Shown: positions 16,294-29,228 of the stretch, one piece after another | How the letters are laid out: each line of letters starts with the position of its first letter | Numbering within the stretch: the first letter of the stretch is position 1 | Assembly (NCBI GenBank): GCA_951406725.2 | Contig: OX597830.1 | Location: 5,518,001 to 5,582,000, forward strand | DNA from: Octopus vulgaris | Taxonomy: Eukaryota | DNA: 64,000 nt | Direction of reading: 5' to 3' | The notes under the pieces: generated by a model | Database searches by the model: none | What the model was told of the DNA's origin: nothing | Seen by the model: only the letters and a program-made list of their open reading frames with translations | Position numbers and translations under genes: made by a program

Positions 16294-17204
16294 TTAGCAA
16301 CGATTTGCCTCACCACACAGCGAATTTAGAAATAGCAGTCAAAGAGTTATGTTATTCTTTCTACTAAAAGGGAGATCTCAGTAAAACCACAGCACTTGAA
16401 AGGCAAACACAGACAGGCAAGAGAGAAAGAAATTACGGCAATCTATCATACAATTTTAAGTCACCTACGGACGTACGTTTCGAAATTAAGTTTTAGGAAA
16501 GCATAAGAATTAGATAATTATGTCTTACCCAACTTCTTTTCTCATCAGCGTAGGACACTACAATTATGAATAATTGTATATTAAATTTCGAGGTACTAGA
16601 AGGCATCATCTCAACTCAGTATCAGAGCGAGCTAAAGCCGTTACCAGTATCACCAAATTCAAAGTGTGAATGAAAGTTTGTGTCACCAACCCCTTCCCAC
16701 CAGCGTGTAGCCAAGACAAGATGTTGTGGTCATTTACTGCGATGAAATATGGTTATCAGTAATAATATAGGGTGAAATTAATTAATTTGGAATAATCATT
16801 AATTTCACCAAGTAGATTTCGGCATGTAAAAGCCTCATTTGAGGAAAGCTTAAGTAATTAAGGGTTTAGCAACGATTTGCCTCACCACACACCGAATTTA
16901 GAAATAGCAGTCAAAGAGTTATACTTATTCTTTCTACTAAAAGGAGATCTCAGTAAAACCACAGCACTTGAAAGGCAAACACCAAGTGCTATGGTTTTAC
17001 TGAGATCTCCCTTTTAGTAGAAAGAATAACTATAACTCTTTGACTGCTATTTCTAAATTCGGTGTGTGGTGAGGCAAATCGTTGCTAAACCCTTAATTAC
17101 TTAGTATTACTTAAACTTTCCTCAGATGAGGCTTTTACATGCCGAAATCTACTTGGTGAAATTAATGATTATTCCAAATTAATTAATTTCACCCTATATT
17201 ATTA

Positions 17205-17210
<6 letters not shown>
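16289..17210 (-). mobile_element. Non-coding Penelope-like/retrozyme-like element: 572-bp period partial tandem plus inverted terminal copy, inserted in (TA)n
   Basis: Direct repeat 16289-16410 = 16861-16982 (period 572); inverted repeat 16754-16970 vs 16983-17210; hammerhead at 16464-16554; (TA)n on both flanks; no ORF of 60 aa or more in the track. Confidence 0.85.
16464..16554 (-). ncRNA. Type I hammerhead ribozyme
   Basis: Minus strand reads CCTACG-CTGATGA-GAAA-(~52 nt)-TTTC-GAAA-CGTACG-TC-CGTAGG. Perfect 6-bp stem I, intact CUGAUGA/GAAA core, 4-bp stem II base, palindromic stem III (ACGTACGT) and GUC cleavage triplet. Confidence 0.85.
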
Positions 17211-17260
<50 letters not shown>

Positions 17261-17263
<3 letters not shown>

Positions 17264-17459
17264 AATAATAAAAGGGTAAAACTAATTAATTATTAATTAA
17301 TTTTAGCAAGTAGTGTTCAGTATGTAAAAAGACCATTTACGGTATATTTGAAACATTACGTTATAAAAATAGGGTTTAGTAAAATAATTTACTTTACCAC
17401 ACACCGATCTTTTTAGAAATAGCAGCCAAAAATCTTAGCTATTTCTTCTACTGATTTTT

Positions 17460-17462
<3 letters not shown>
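17261..17462 (-). mobile_element. Diverged relative of the terminal segment of the 16289-17210 element
   Basis: Collinear with 16757-16940 (AGGGT.AAA.TAATTAATT, CAAGTAG, ATGTAAAA, AGGGTTTAG, ACCACACACCGA, TTTAGAAATAGCAG.CAAA, TTCTACT); flanked by (TA)n. Confidence 0.7.
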
Positions 17463-17504
<42 letters not shown>

Positions 17505-17785
17505 GTACTTGCATATATACGTATATACGTATATTTACAATTGATTTTTCCTATACACCTACAGTGAAAATTACATACGTACGGTATCTATGCCCAAGTG
17601 TACAGTTTTACATATACAAGTGCACACGTATTGTCACTCACGTACACACATGCACTTTTGCACATAATCATACGAATGCACAGAGCAAGGATCCTTTTCA
17701 AATTGATACTAAGCAGCTATTTGTTAAGCTCTGCAGCTATACATGCTGTCAGAGAGACTCAGGAAACACATGGAGACATCAGCGC

Positions 17786-17872
17786 CAATAATAATAATAA
17801 TAATAATATTAATAATAATAATAATAGTAATAATAATAATAATAATAATAATATTAATAATAATAATAATAA

Positions 17873-17941
<69 letters not shown>

Positions 17942-17972
17942 TAATAATAATAGTAATAATAATAATAATAAA
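17786..17972. repeat. (TAA)n microsatellite
   Basis: Direct reading. Confidence 0.97.
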
Positions 17973-18796
17973 AATCTGTTGTCCAGTTACATTTAACCCG
18001 GTTCCCTTCTTTTAACTTGTTTTTCTCAGCAATAACAATCGCATGCAACACATATTTTGTCGCGATTCCTCCAAGGATCAATGGAGACATTAAGCTTATA
18101 GTGATCGATATTTCCCATTCTGTTTCCTTTTTTCGCCATTTCTCCCCATTCTGTGATGACGGTTTAACATTTAATATTTTCTGGTTAATTCTGCTGCTTT
18201 TTACCTTTGCCTTTCCATTATTCCTCCTTTTTGTTTTCTTTCTCCAATAACTGAGTTGCAGAAACACAGATTTCTTTCTTTCTTTCTTTTGTTTTTTGGT
18301 TTTGTTCTCCGGGTTTACGCTTCCATTTGACAATGAGGATAACAGAATAAAGCAAAATACAAAACATAAATCGGTGGAGCTATCTGTATAAACATCGGTC
18401 GCCTCTCGTTTCCCCATCGTACTTATTGCTTGGCTGAATCATTACAACATCGGACAAAATATCTTACAGCGTCTGTTTCTATCTTTCTGCACTGATTTCA
18501 AATCCCACCAAAAACAAATTTGCCTTTTATCAATCGGCAGTTTATAAAATATGGATCAGTGGAACATTTGGTGCGATGTAATCGGTGAACCCCTGTCCTC
18601 AAAGCTGCTGCCCTTGGGTCTACATCAGCATCAGGTAAGATGATGTCATTCATCGCGTCTTTTCAAGTAGGTATGATTATACACGTCTTGTTTAATGTTG
18701 CACACGTAATTATTTATGTGCAATGTGATTCGAAGTGCAGTGGTACAGAAACAAATGTCACCGGTATTAAAAGTATGCTGACAGAGACAGGCGCAG

Positions 18797-19088
<292 letters not shown>

Positions 19089-19834
19089 AACTTGCCGTCT
19101 TGTTACATCTGACTCAGTTCTCTTTATGTAAGCACATGTGTGTATGTTTGATTCTCAAAGAATGAAAAATGTACTCAATCCACTTAGTAAATTTCAAACC
19201 CTAATTAGAAGTTAATTAGACGCTCATCGTTTCCGTCCTTTACAACAAAACGAGAAATTTCAGAGTCGTGATGAGTGAACACCTCAGACTCGATTAAACA
19301 AATATATCATGTGATAAAGTATTTATCAGATGAGCGTATAGGGCAATGAGTTGAAAAGCAGTGGTATCCGATGGTCTTCTTTCTTCAACGTTAAACAGTC
19401 TCTTTTTCTATTCAGTATTGAAAACCCAGGATAAAACTAACTGCTCAACTTCAACAAATTATACTTTTCGCCAGTCTGCTTGCGTTGTGGCATGTCTTAT
19501 TCACTCTAGCTCTGTGCAATGTCTTCATAACATTTTGTACTGCACTCAACGAAGATTTACAGTTGTAAGACTAATTCAGTTTATGCTTATCTCTTGAGTT
19601 TTATGCATCATAACCAAACTGTGTATATTTACAGCTTATTTATTGTTCTGTGAATACTTATTGCAAGTTATTGAATCTGATGCACAAAGTTCTAAAACTG
19701 GATTAACTTATAACAATTTCTTATTTCGTACCTAATCCTTGGCAATCAAAATAATTCTCTTTTCATTTTATTTTCTTCTGCCTGATGATCTTCAAAATAT
19801 TTTAAAAACCAACAAATATGTGTGTGTCTGTGTG

Positions 19835-19905
<71 letters not shown>

Positions 19906-20419
19906 GTAGAATTAAGAAATGGACACAATTCGTTATCCTCTCTAGTGTCCTCTTTTTTCAAAGTTCTTCTCTGCGGTAAATGTCTAAGATATTTCCTCTT
20001 CGCCATTTAAATAGGATGAGATTTTCAATCTGAAGAATTTTAAATGCCTAAAGTCGGCCAATATCTCTCTGGTCAGTGGACGTAAATAGAGTTGTAGCCC
20101 AATTAGCTGCCGCAAACTTTGGTTTGATGTAATTAGAAACTGGATTAAAACCCTAAAACAATAGCGAAATGATGAAATCAGAGGAATATAAATTTTAAAT
20201 GTCCTGCCTTGAGGACAAAAAGCAAGCATTCTTTCAAAAATTTATCAAATTCTTTTGGTTGATCACTTAATTTGATTCGCTCTAGCAACTGTACAAAAAT
20301 TTGTTTACTAAATGCACAACTCAAATATCATCATCATCATCAACAACAGCAAACCCTGCACATTAGTCCACTCTCTCCATTAAATCGATGTTTTCTGAAC
20401 AGGTGCCATGGTATGCCAC

Positions 20420-20557
20420 TCGACAGGTGACGAAGTGATCGCGGAGCAACGTGAGATGAAGTGTTTTGCTCAAGAACACAACATCCAGTCTAAGAATTGA
20501 GATCACAATCACTGGATCTTGAGTGCAACATCCTAACCACTAGGGCATTCGCCCTCC

Positions 20558-20558
<1 letters not shown>
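20420..20558 (-). mobile_element. tRNA-derived SINE family C (degraded)
   Basis: Minus strand: GGAGGGCGAATGCCCTAGTGGTTAGG (A-box-like), decayed B box, then TGTTGTGTTCTTGAGCAAAACACTT, a CORE/V-SINE-like post-tRNA block. Confidence 0.65.
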
Positions 20559-20612
<54 letters not shown>

Positions 20613-22636
20613 GTACATACCTATATATATGTGTGCGTATATAAATATATACATATATATATGTATATATATATATATATATACATATGTATGTATATAT
20701 ATGTGTATATATATATATATGTGTGTGTATGTGTGTTTGTGCTTACACACATGCAAACACACACATACATACACATAGATACTTTTACTCTTATTACCAA
20801 TTCCGACTGAAGACAGTGGGAGTGCTCAGGTTCATGCATAATGTAAACACACATACAAACACACACAACATACACACACGTAGATATGTAATATTTAAAT
20901 TTTTCTCCTAAAATATCTGGAATCATATTCTGAAAAAGTAAAATACGATAACATTCACTAAAATGTATATAAGAATATCACAAACAAATAGATTCATGGA
21001 GTTCTCTTTTTTTTTGTTTTCCTTACAAAATAATTATAATTTCTTAAAAAATCTGAGACGCCGAAAAATGATAAAGCATTACCAATTGGGAAATTTTCTA
21101 TATTGGTCAGTCTGGTTTCCACACATTTCTAGCAGACACGAGAAGAATTATTCTGCAAATAAAAAAAAATATATAAAAAATATTCAAAATCATTTATGAT
21201 ATATTGTATTTTCATATATTGTATAAAAATACAATAATTTTCGGTAGAAAGAGATATTTTTTTTTTTGGTGGGTTAAAAAAATAAAGAAAATTATTTGGA
21301 AAGAAAATTTTGCGTAAATCATGAACAGATTTCAACAATGGTTGTGATATTATCTCATATTATCAACAGGAAACTAGTTTTCTGCTAAATTTAACAAACA
21401 TAACAAAGAATTCAAGAGGAAACGAAGTTCTATCTTTACAAAAATCTTTGGTTTTGACTGGCTAAAACTTCATAATTCAAACAATTGAAAACCGTTCGTT
21501 CTTTCATTTTTAGAAAATAGAAAAAATATAAATAAATAATAAAAAATACAAAAAAATAATAAAACGTAAAAAAAAAAGAACAAAAATTATAAACAATTTT
21601 CTTGGATATCGATTTTATGAAATATTTTTCGGTTTTGTGAAGAGAAATTGAAAACAGTATCACCAGGCCATTGTTTTGATCCAGCAGTCGCTTTACAGAC
21701 GACGTTCCAGTCGTGACCATGCCCTCATTCGTTATCAAGGACGAAATCTATGACGGTAGTATCTCAAAAGCAGAACATGAGATAATGTACTCCTTGATAT
21801 ACAATGTCCAAAATGAAATGTTATTGTCATGGTTGGAAAGTTTTTGATCAACACGACCAGTCTAATAACAACAACAGCTAACAACAACAACAACAATTAC
21901 AATAACGAGGTTCAAACGTGAACATTGTCTATGGGGTAGTGCCGACCGATCTGCTTCAATATTTGTCTGGGTTGTTTTCATGATCAATTCTAGGTGAAGA
22001 TGGAAAGCAAAACCGGCTGCGGATTGATTCGAAAACGAGCTTAAAGACTTACAACTAAATTGTCACACATCGTTTTGTCTGTTATTCAACCGGTTTTGTC
22101 AGACTTTTATTCCATCAATTAGTTTTTTAACGTTAGCAAAAACCCCAATTTGGGGAGGATTATAGCATATGACAAGTGCCTTAGGGAGTCGATCTTCGAA
22201 CTACGAAAACCAATGGAGCCTGTCACAATATTTTAAAAAAGAACATAAATTGACTAAAGTAAATAATTATACTCCACCATATTTCTGAGTACCAAAAAAG
22301 AGAAGATATTAACAAACATAAATAGTCACTTTTGGAACCGTATTGTCTGTATTTTCCATGGAATTAAGTGTTCCTTCACTGACACTGGCAACAGCAACCA
22401 AAACTAGGAAATAGATGAGGTGCTCCAGCATCACATCAGAGTAATAGCGGAAGCAAAATATAAGACTAACAGGATCATTATTAATGAAATAATTGAAATG
22501 ACCAAGTTTCAGGAAATTTTGAGATCTGAGAGTGGAAACACAATGGTAAAGAAATCCAAACAAACGAAGAAATATTTTGGATTGGAATATACATAATCGG
22601 ATACGTGCGTATGTATATAATACATTCACTCCACCC

Positions 22637-22720
<84 letters not shown>

Positions 22721-22750
22721 ATACATACACACACACACATATATATATAT

Positions 22751-22915
22751 AATATCTATGAAAGTGAAATTATCTCTGTGTGTGTATATGTGTGTACAAA
22801 AATTTAATGTAACTCAATAACTTCTACATCTTTCTTCCGATGTCTTTAAAACTGTATACACAGCTGCTTCACATCCCAGGCTCAGACATAGGCTACTTAG
22901 ATTTTTAAAAATCGA
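22751..22915 (+). mobile_element. Possible non-autonomous Helitron-type 5' region
   Basis: The order ATCTAT..AAAGTGAAATT-(TG)n-AACTCAATAACT..TTCCGAT..AAAACT..GACATAGGCTACTT resembles microsatellite-carrying non-autonomous Helitrons; no 3' hairpin/CTRR end identified. Confidence 0.3.
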
Positions 22916-23149
22916 TACTGGGGCCTCTAGAGCGATGGGGAACCAACACTAGAGGATTCCTGTTCATTTGCATTAATTAGCTATTTTATAATCTGTAGGG
23001 TCTTCCATACGTTTTAAATCTATTTTATGAACGTGAAAGGATGTTGTCTATTTATTGCCACTGTCCGCCAGCGATGCTGATTAAATTGACTGGCAACACT
23101 GAACACATACTTTTCTACAATTTTCACCAAACTTTACCTACACATTACT

Positions 23150-24289
23150 TTTTTATGCCTTTTGGACTCAACTCTCCCCCATTTTCATCTAACCTCCTCC
23201 CCGACACCTACTTCTCTGCACTCCTACATCTTTTCACCCCTACTCTCTTTCTCTCTTCTTCCCTTCTTTCCCTTCTTCCCCCTTCTTCCTTCTTCTCCCT
23301 CTTCTTCTCTCTTCTTCCATCTTCCTCTTTTCTCTTTCTCTCTGCTCCCTCACTCCCCTTCTCTCCCCTCCCCTCCTCCTCTCCTCTCTCCCCTCCTCCC
23401 CTTCTGCATATCTCCCTCCCCCTTTTTCTCCTCCTCTCCTCCTTCCCTCCTCCTCCTCCTCCTCCTCCTCTCTCCCCTCCTCCTCTCCTGTCTCCCCTAC
23501 TCTTCCCCTCTCTTCTCTCCCCCTCTCACTCCCCCCATCCCCGTCCCCCGTCTCCCTCCCTTCTCTCCTCTCCTCCTCTCTCTCCTCATATACCCATCAT
23601 TCCTTCCCCCATAAACCCACCCACCCACACTCCACCTTCCCTATCCTTCCTACCCCATTTCCCCATTCTACCCCACACCCTCTCCTACATACCGCACCCA
23701 TATCACATACCCCTCCCCCACATACCTCACTTCTAAACCCAGCCACTACCTACCCACGACCCCCACTCTACCCCAACCCCCAGCCGAACCCACACCCCAA
23801 CTGTGCTTTCCCCACTCTCGCCTCCCCCACCTCCCCACAACATCACACCACACTACACTACACCATACATCACATCACAACACACCACCCACACACCCAT
23901 CCCCACATCTTTACACCCACACATACATACACACACACGTCCAGACCAACAGCTCTCTTTCACACGCACATACATATTCTCTTATACACACACGCACCTT
24001 TGTGTTGAGGGCACCTTCGTTTTGGAAGTCACTTGACCCTGTTATCTCCCCTACTGTCCCTCTAGCGCCTGACCACTGTCCGAAGTCAGGACGCCATGAT
24101 AGATCGTTAGCTCCTACATGCATTTACTTCGCTCCTTGTTTCTTTTCTGTGTATCTTTCTGTCGAAGAGCGTAGGCTCAAAACGTAAAAGACATTTTCTA
24201 TTTCTATTCCTGAGCGCTATACTAATACATTTATTTGTTTGTACCCCACCTGCCTTCGTCTTTTGTTTATTTTCGTAAACTTTCCCTTT
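23150..24289 (+). mobile_element. 5'-truncated Penelope-like element 3' end
   Basis: PFGLN (23158-23172) matches the P.GLN C-terminus of Penelope GIY-YIG domains. It is followed by ~750 bp of CT/CA low-complexity sequence, a terminal region with a hammerhead-like motif (24154-24191) and a (TA)n flank; a second copy of the terminal motif lies at 7541-7612. Confidence 0.6.
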
Positions 24290-24485
24290 ATATATATATA
24301 CATATATATATATATGTGTGTATGTGTGTGTAATATAGGTGGCTAATTCGTAATTTTACAATCGCAAGGCAGAAATATATGCCACTAAAGTGAACAAAAG
24401 GTACTAACCAGCACCAGTATTGCTAGAAATAAGAGCCAAAACATCTCAATACCAACAGAAGCAGCATCTGAAAGATTGTGACGTG

Positions 24486-24547
<62 letters not shown>

Positions 24548-24704
24548 TGTGTGTGTCTGTGTAATATAAAATACATGAATATATTATATATCTGAATGTA
24601 CAAAACTATCCTCTCTCTCAATACATACACACGCACGTGCACATACATACATACATACATACATACATACATACATACATACATACATACATACATAAAT
24701 ACAT

Positions 24705-24744
<40 letters not shown>

Positions 24745-27235
24745 TACACTGGATTGCACGATTAACATTTATCTAAACGTGGTTAATTTTTAAGAAATGC
24801 TAAATTTTCTTTCGTCTTCAAAGCATAACATTTTGAAATTTCATATTTCTATGTTCCTGTTCTTGTCGGTGTCTTGTTCAAAATGAAATTCTATTTCTGA
24901 TGAAGACAGTATTCTTCTTTGACGGTTTGTCGTGTGAGAATCTTCGTCAGGATTAATAGCGAATATTTTAACTGATTTTTTATAGAGAATATAATAGGAT
25001 GAAAAACCTGGCTACATCTGACGGATAACAGAAGAGAACATATGTGCACATGCATAGATCAAATTTAGAATTAAAGAGGGACTAGGCGAGACAGGGAGAA
25101 GTAATTTAAAATGATAAAGAAGAAAGGAAACTGGGGATGAGGGAAACTGAAGAATAAAATAAACATTTTTGGGGTGCGGATTCGAAGGAAAAATGCATAT
25201 TTAAACCCATCCGTGCTATATACTGAATTAGAATATCACACTCTAGTTGCTATGGCAATGTTTTTGTTTTTAAGTTTTGATATATATGTATATGTATAAA
25301 AATCCAGCTAATATTAGCAGACATATCTCATAGTATATATTATTGGTTTCAACCTAATTCTTCTCAGTTTTATTGCAAAGCATTTTGTAAAAATAGTCTG
25401 TTCATTATATCTTTTGTTGTTTATCCATATAATAATAATCATCAACGCACTCCCACCCCCACATATTAACTGAATTATTTTCGTTGCGACAGAAAGAGAG
25501 AGATAGATAAGGAAGGAGAGAGAGAATAAGAGAGAAAGAATGGGAGCGAGATTGTAGATGTAAGGAAAGACCAAATCCGACAAGCTGATAGAGACATCTA
25601 AGTGTATACCGGAAGATAAATGTCAGAAAACAAAGGTTGACAGACAACGAGACAAAGTCACGAGATGTGAATAGCAGATTATTGGTGTAAATCGAAGTTG
25701 CAGATCAGAATAGAAGATTATTTGGTGTTAAAATATTATCTCGAATCTATCAACTGACAGTCAGAAACATAAATAAGAAAATATATAAATATTAGAAGCG
25801 AAGGATATTGTGTACTCTACACAGAAAAACAAACAGAGTTTTATTTTAAATTATCCAGAGTCTTAGGATTTTAAGATTCCATGGGCACACACATGCACGC
25901 ACATACATATGCACACTCACACACGCTCGCTCACATACGCACATACACACACTTACACACACACTGATGTACGCATATACATGCACAGAGTGTGACATCA
26001 TATTTTTTCTGATATCTAGAAAGATACATTTCTTGTTTTCTCTCCTATTATTCAGGAGGCACCGTTCTATTTGGTGTGGAAATGATTTTACCATTCTTCC
26101 AAAATTATCTGCGTTCACATTTTTTGACCTACAAATAAAAGCCAGACTCCGAATGGTCTCGTTACTATTATAGATTCGTCAGATTTTATTAGTAAAAGAA
26201 AAAAGAAATGGCCACCGAAAGGTTAATGTATTTAGTTTAATTTTGCGCTTATTAGATAGAGGAAGAGACTTGGAAAAAGAGGAGGCGATAAAAATATAGA
26301 CATATAAACGAAAGCTAACTCGTGTACCAATACTCTTAAATTGAATAGGCTTGTAGTTCAGAGAACATCCAGATTTAATTGCTAGATTAAAAACTTCGTA
26401 AATATTGATATGCTGATTGGTAATTTAATAATCGAAACTTGCGTCTTCTAACTCCATTCTTCTCACCCCCTTTCTTTCTCATACACACACATACTCTCTC
26501 TCTCTCTCTCTCTCTCTCTTATTCCCTCTTCCTATCTCTGTCTCTCTCTCTCTATGTCTGTCTCTGTCTCTCTTCCTTTCTCTTGATGTAGCGATGCAAC
26601 TTTTTGTTATTTTTTAATTTTCTTTTCACTGCAAATTCTCAGCTCTCAGACGCTATATATTTACATGTCTCCGCGTATGTATCTATGTTTTATGTATACA
26701 CACACATGTACATAAATAGATTGATATATGTATGTGTGTATATATATATTCATAAGTATATGTGAACATATATATATATATATATATATATGAATTCTTG
26801 TCTGTTTATGCACACATACACACCAACATATATCTATATGTATACAAACACATAAGTACATATATTTATAAAAATATATACACACAAACACATACACACA
26901 CTTATATAATTATACAGTATCATATAGATTTAAATCGAACGACAAAAAAACCATTATTTAAAGCTCCATGAGTATTTCTGTATAGCTAAAGGGGAACTGT
27001 GATGAGAATTTCTATTATAGAACTTCATTTGGTTAGAATCTACAACTGTGCAGGTCACAGAATACGTATAGAAGATACGTACGTACATACCTACATGCCT
27101 GCCTGCCTGCCTACCTACCTACCTGCCTACCTACATACATACATACCTACCTACCTACATACATACCTATATGCATTCATACATACATATTTGCATACAT
27201 ATATACATATATGTGTATAATTAATATATATATAC

Positions 27236-27286
<51 letters not shown>

Positions 27287-27485
27287 CAAAGTAAGCAACA
27301 AGGATATCCAAGGTAGTGTAGTACAATCGTTTCATACCACTTCATTTTATCAAACAATGTAAGTATTACATCAGTTTCAAAATGTAGAGCAATCTTCAGC
27401 CACATATAGAATATTTTTTGATTAATACCAAATTCTGGTGCCTTTAACTTAAGTACCATATTCATCTGAATCTAAATTTTGCCAA

Positions 27486-27520
<35 letters not shown>

Positions 27521-28576
27521 CATATATGTGTGTAAGTAGGGATGTAATCTTTTTAAAGTGTTATTTTAAAGTGATGATGTATAACACATAAGAGAGATTT
27601 TGCCCTTCCTTCGTAATACCTCGTGTTTAGTATACCTTAATCTTTTAGTTTATTCAAGAATTTCATGGTCTCATCATCAGAATGAAATGATGGTACCAAT
27701 GCGTGTAGGTTAAGCGTTTGATCGCAGGTCTCCAATGATCATGTGCGTATTGTTATAACTGATAAAATCGGCAAGTTAACGTTTGTATATTTTTTAATCC
27801 GGCGTTGTTCTACTGCAAAACCTACAGACTTTTCCTTCTAAGAGATTTTCTGACATATGAATTTCTCGTTACCTGCTTAGCAGTTGACCTTTTATTCGTT
27901 AGTATGTATATAGAAAGAAAGGCTCCAAATTGCTTCTTATTTAATATTCTAGTCAATCCGCCAACAGGTTACAGTTTTACGAACGCAGTACGTTCTCGGA
28001 AGCGCAGTGTGTTCCTGCTTGAAACAATGTATTTCACTCAGAACCTTGTTAGACTACGCATTATATTATGCGATATAGTGACCAACGCACTTCATTGATC
28101 CCTTCCATTGTATGTATATGCATATACACACACACATATACATGCACATATATACATATATATATATATATATACGTATACATATATATATATACATATA
28201 TACATATACATAAATTCTAAAGGAGTGGATACAAAAGGAAAACAGCAAAACTGGTTGAAGTGGTGACAGTGAAAAATACGGTCGGTTGCTTCAATGCTCG
28301 GCGTGAAAAAGAAAAGAGAAAGAGAAAAATATAAATTGATGACCACGGGTCAGGTGTCAGTAGTTGGAGGAAGAAAAGTAGCAGCGGACAGAGAAGGGAG
28401 AGGACAAAGAGAGAGATAGAGAAAAGGGAATAGAAAAAAGGAGAGGGATAGAAATATAAGTCGTACGAATATATTAGCTCTTACTGTGATTCATATCGAG
28501 TGTAGGTAACGTTCCGTTACGTGATGAGTTGAAAGACAGACATAGAAGATGACCAACACCCCATATGCGCGCGCGC

Positions 28577-28611
<35 letters not shown>

Positions 28612-28661
28612 TGTGTACATATTTATATGTCCTTATATATATTAATAATAATAATAATACA

Positions 28662-28744
<83 letters not shown>

Positions 28745-28753
28745 TAATAATAA

Positions 28754-29178
28754 ACGTATCTGTCAAGTCCTACCAAAAACTGAGCAAATATAAAGATCTT
28801 GAAATAGAAATTAGCAAAATGTGAAACCTGAAGACTAAAACAATACCTATTGTCATAGGTGTCCTGGGGATAATAGCAAAAGAGGCTGATTGCTAACTAG
28901 CTCACATACCAGGAAACCCTCAAATGGCAGAAATTCAAAAGATAGTGCTCATGGGAACTGCATATTTCTTACGCAAAATACTTTCTATGTAATCTCAAGT
29001 TTTAAAACAAACATAATTTTCTTATGTTTTTTTAGACATTCAGTAGTACAACACTAAGTACAAAACCAAATATATGGCACCCTAGGTAAAACACCAACAT
29101 GAACTTCCAACTTTTGATCTCTTGAGGTCTCTGGGTGAGACTTGGAGCCAACTTGTACAAATATAAAGTCAAATATAG
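28754..29178 (+). mobile_element. 3' fragment of an R4/Dong-like LINE
   Basis: NVSVKSYQKLSKYKDLEIEISKM*NLKTKTIPIVIG...IQKIVLMGTA; flanked by (TAA)n; same family as 44779-45032. Confidence 0.9.
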
Positions 29179-29228
29179 AATAATAATAATAATACCAATA
29201 ATAATAAAGATAATAATAATAATAATAA

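Noticed and set aside
17117-17150. CAGATGA-GGC-TTTTACAT-GCC-GAAA as a second hammerhead in the 572-bp unit
   Set aside because: The core is CAGATGA here and CAAATGA in the other arm, and no stem I/III pairing could be found.
23041-23736. 231-aa proline/serine-rich protein gene
   Set aside because: The frame stays open only because the strand lacks G/A-rich stop codons; only PFGLN is informative.
24897-24960. Hairpin CTGATGAAG..CTTCGTCAG as a pre-miRNA or ribozyme
   Set aside because: Large bulges, no GAAA half and single occurrence; compatible with chance.
27313-27374. Minus-strand CTGATGTA-ATAC..GTAT-GAAA-CGATTG-TA hammerhead-like remnant
   Set aside because: The core is imperfect and stem I cannot pair; at most a decayed relic.
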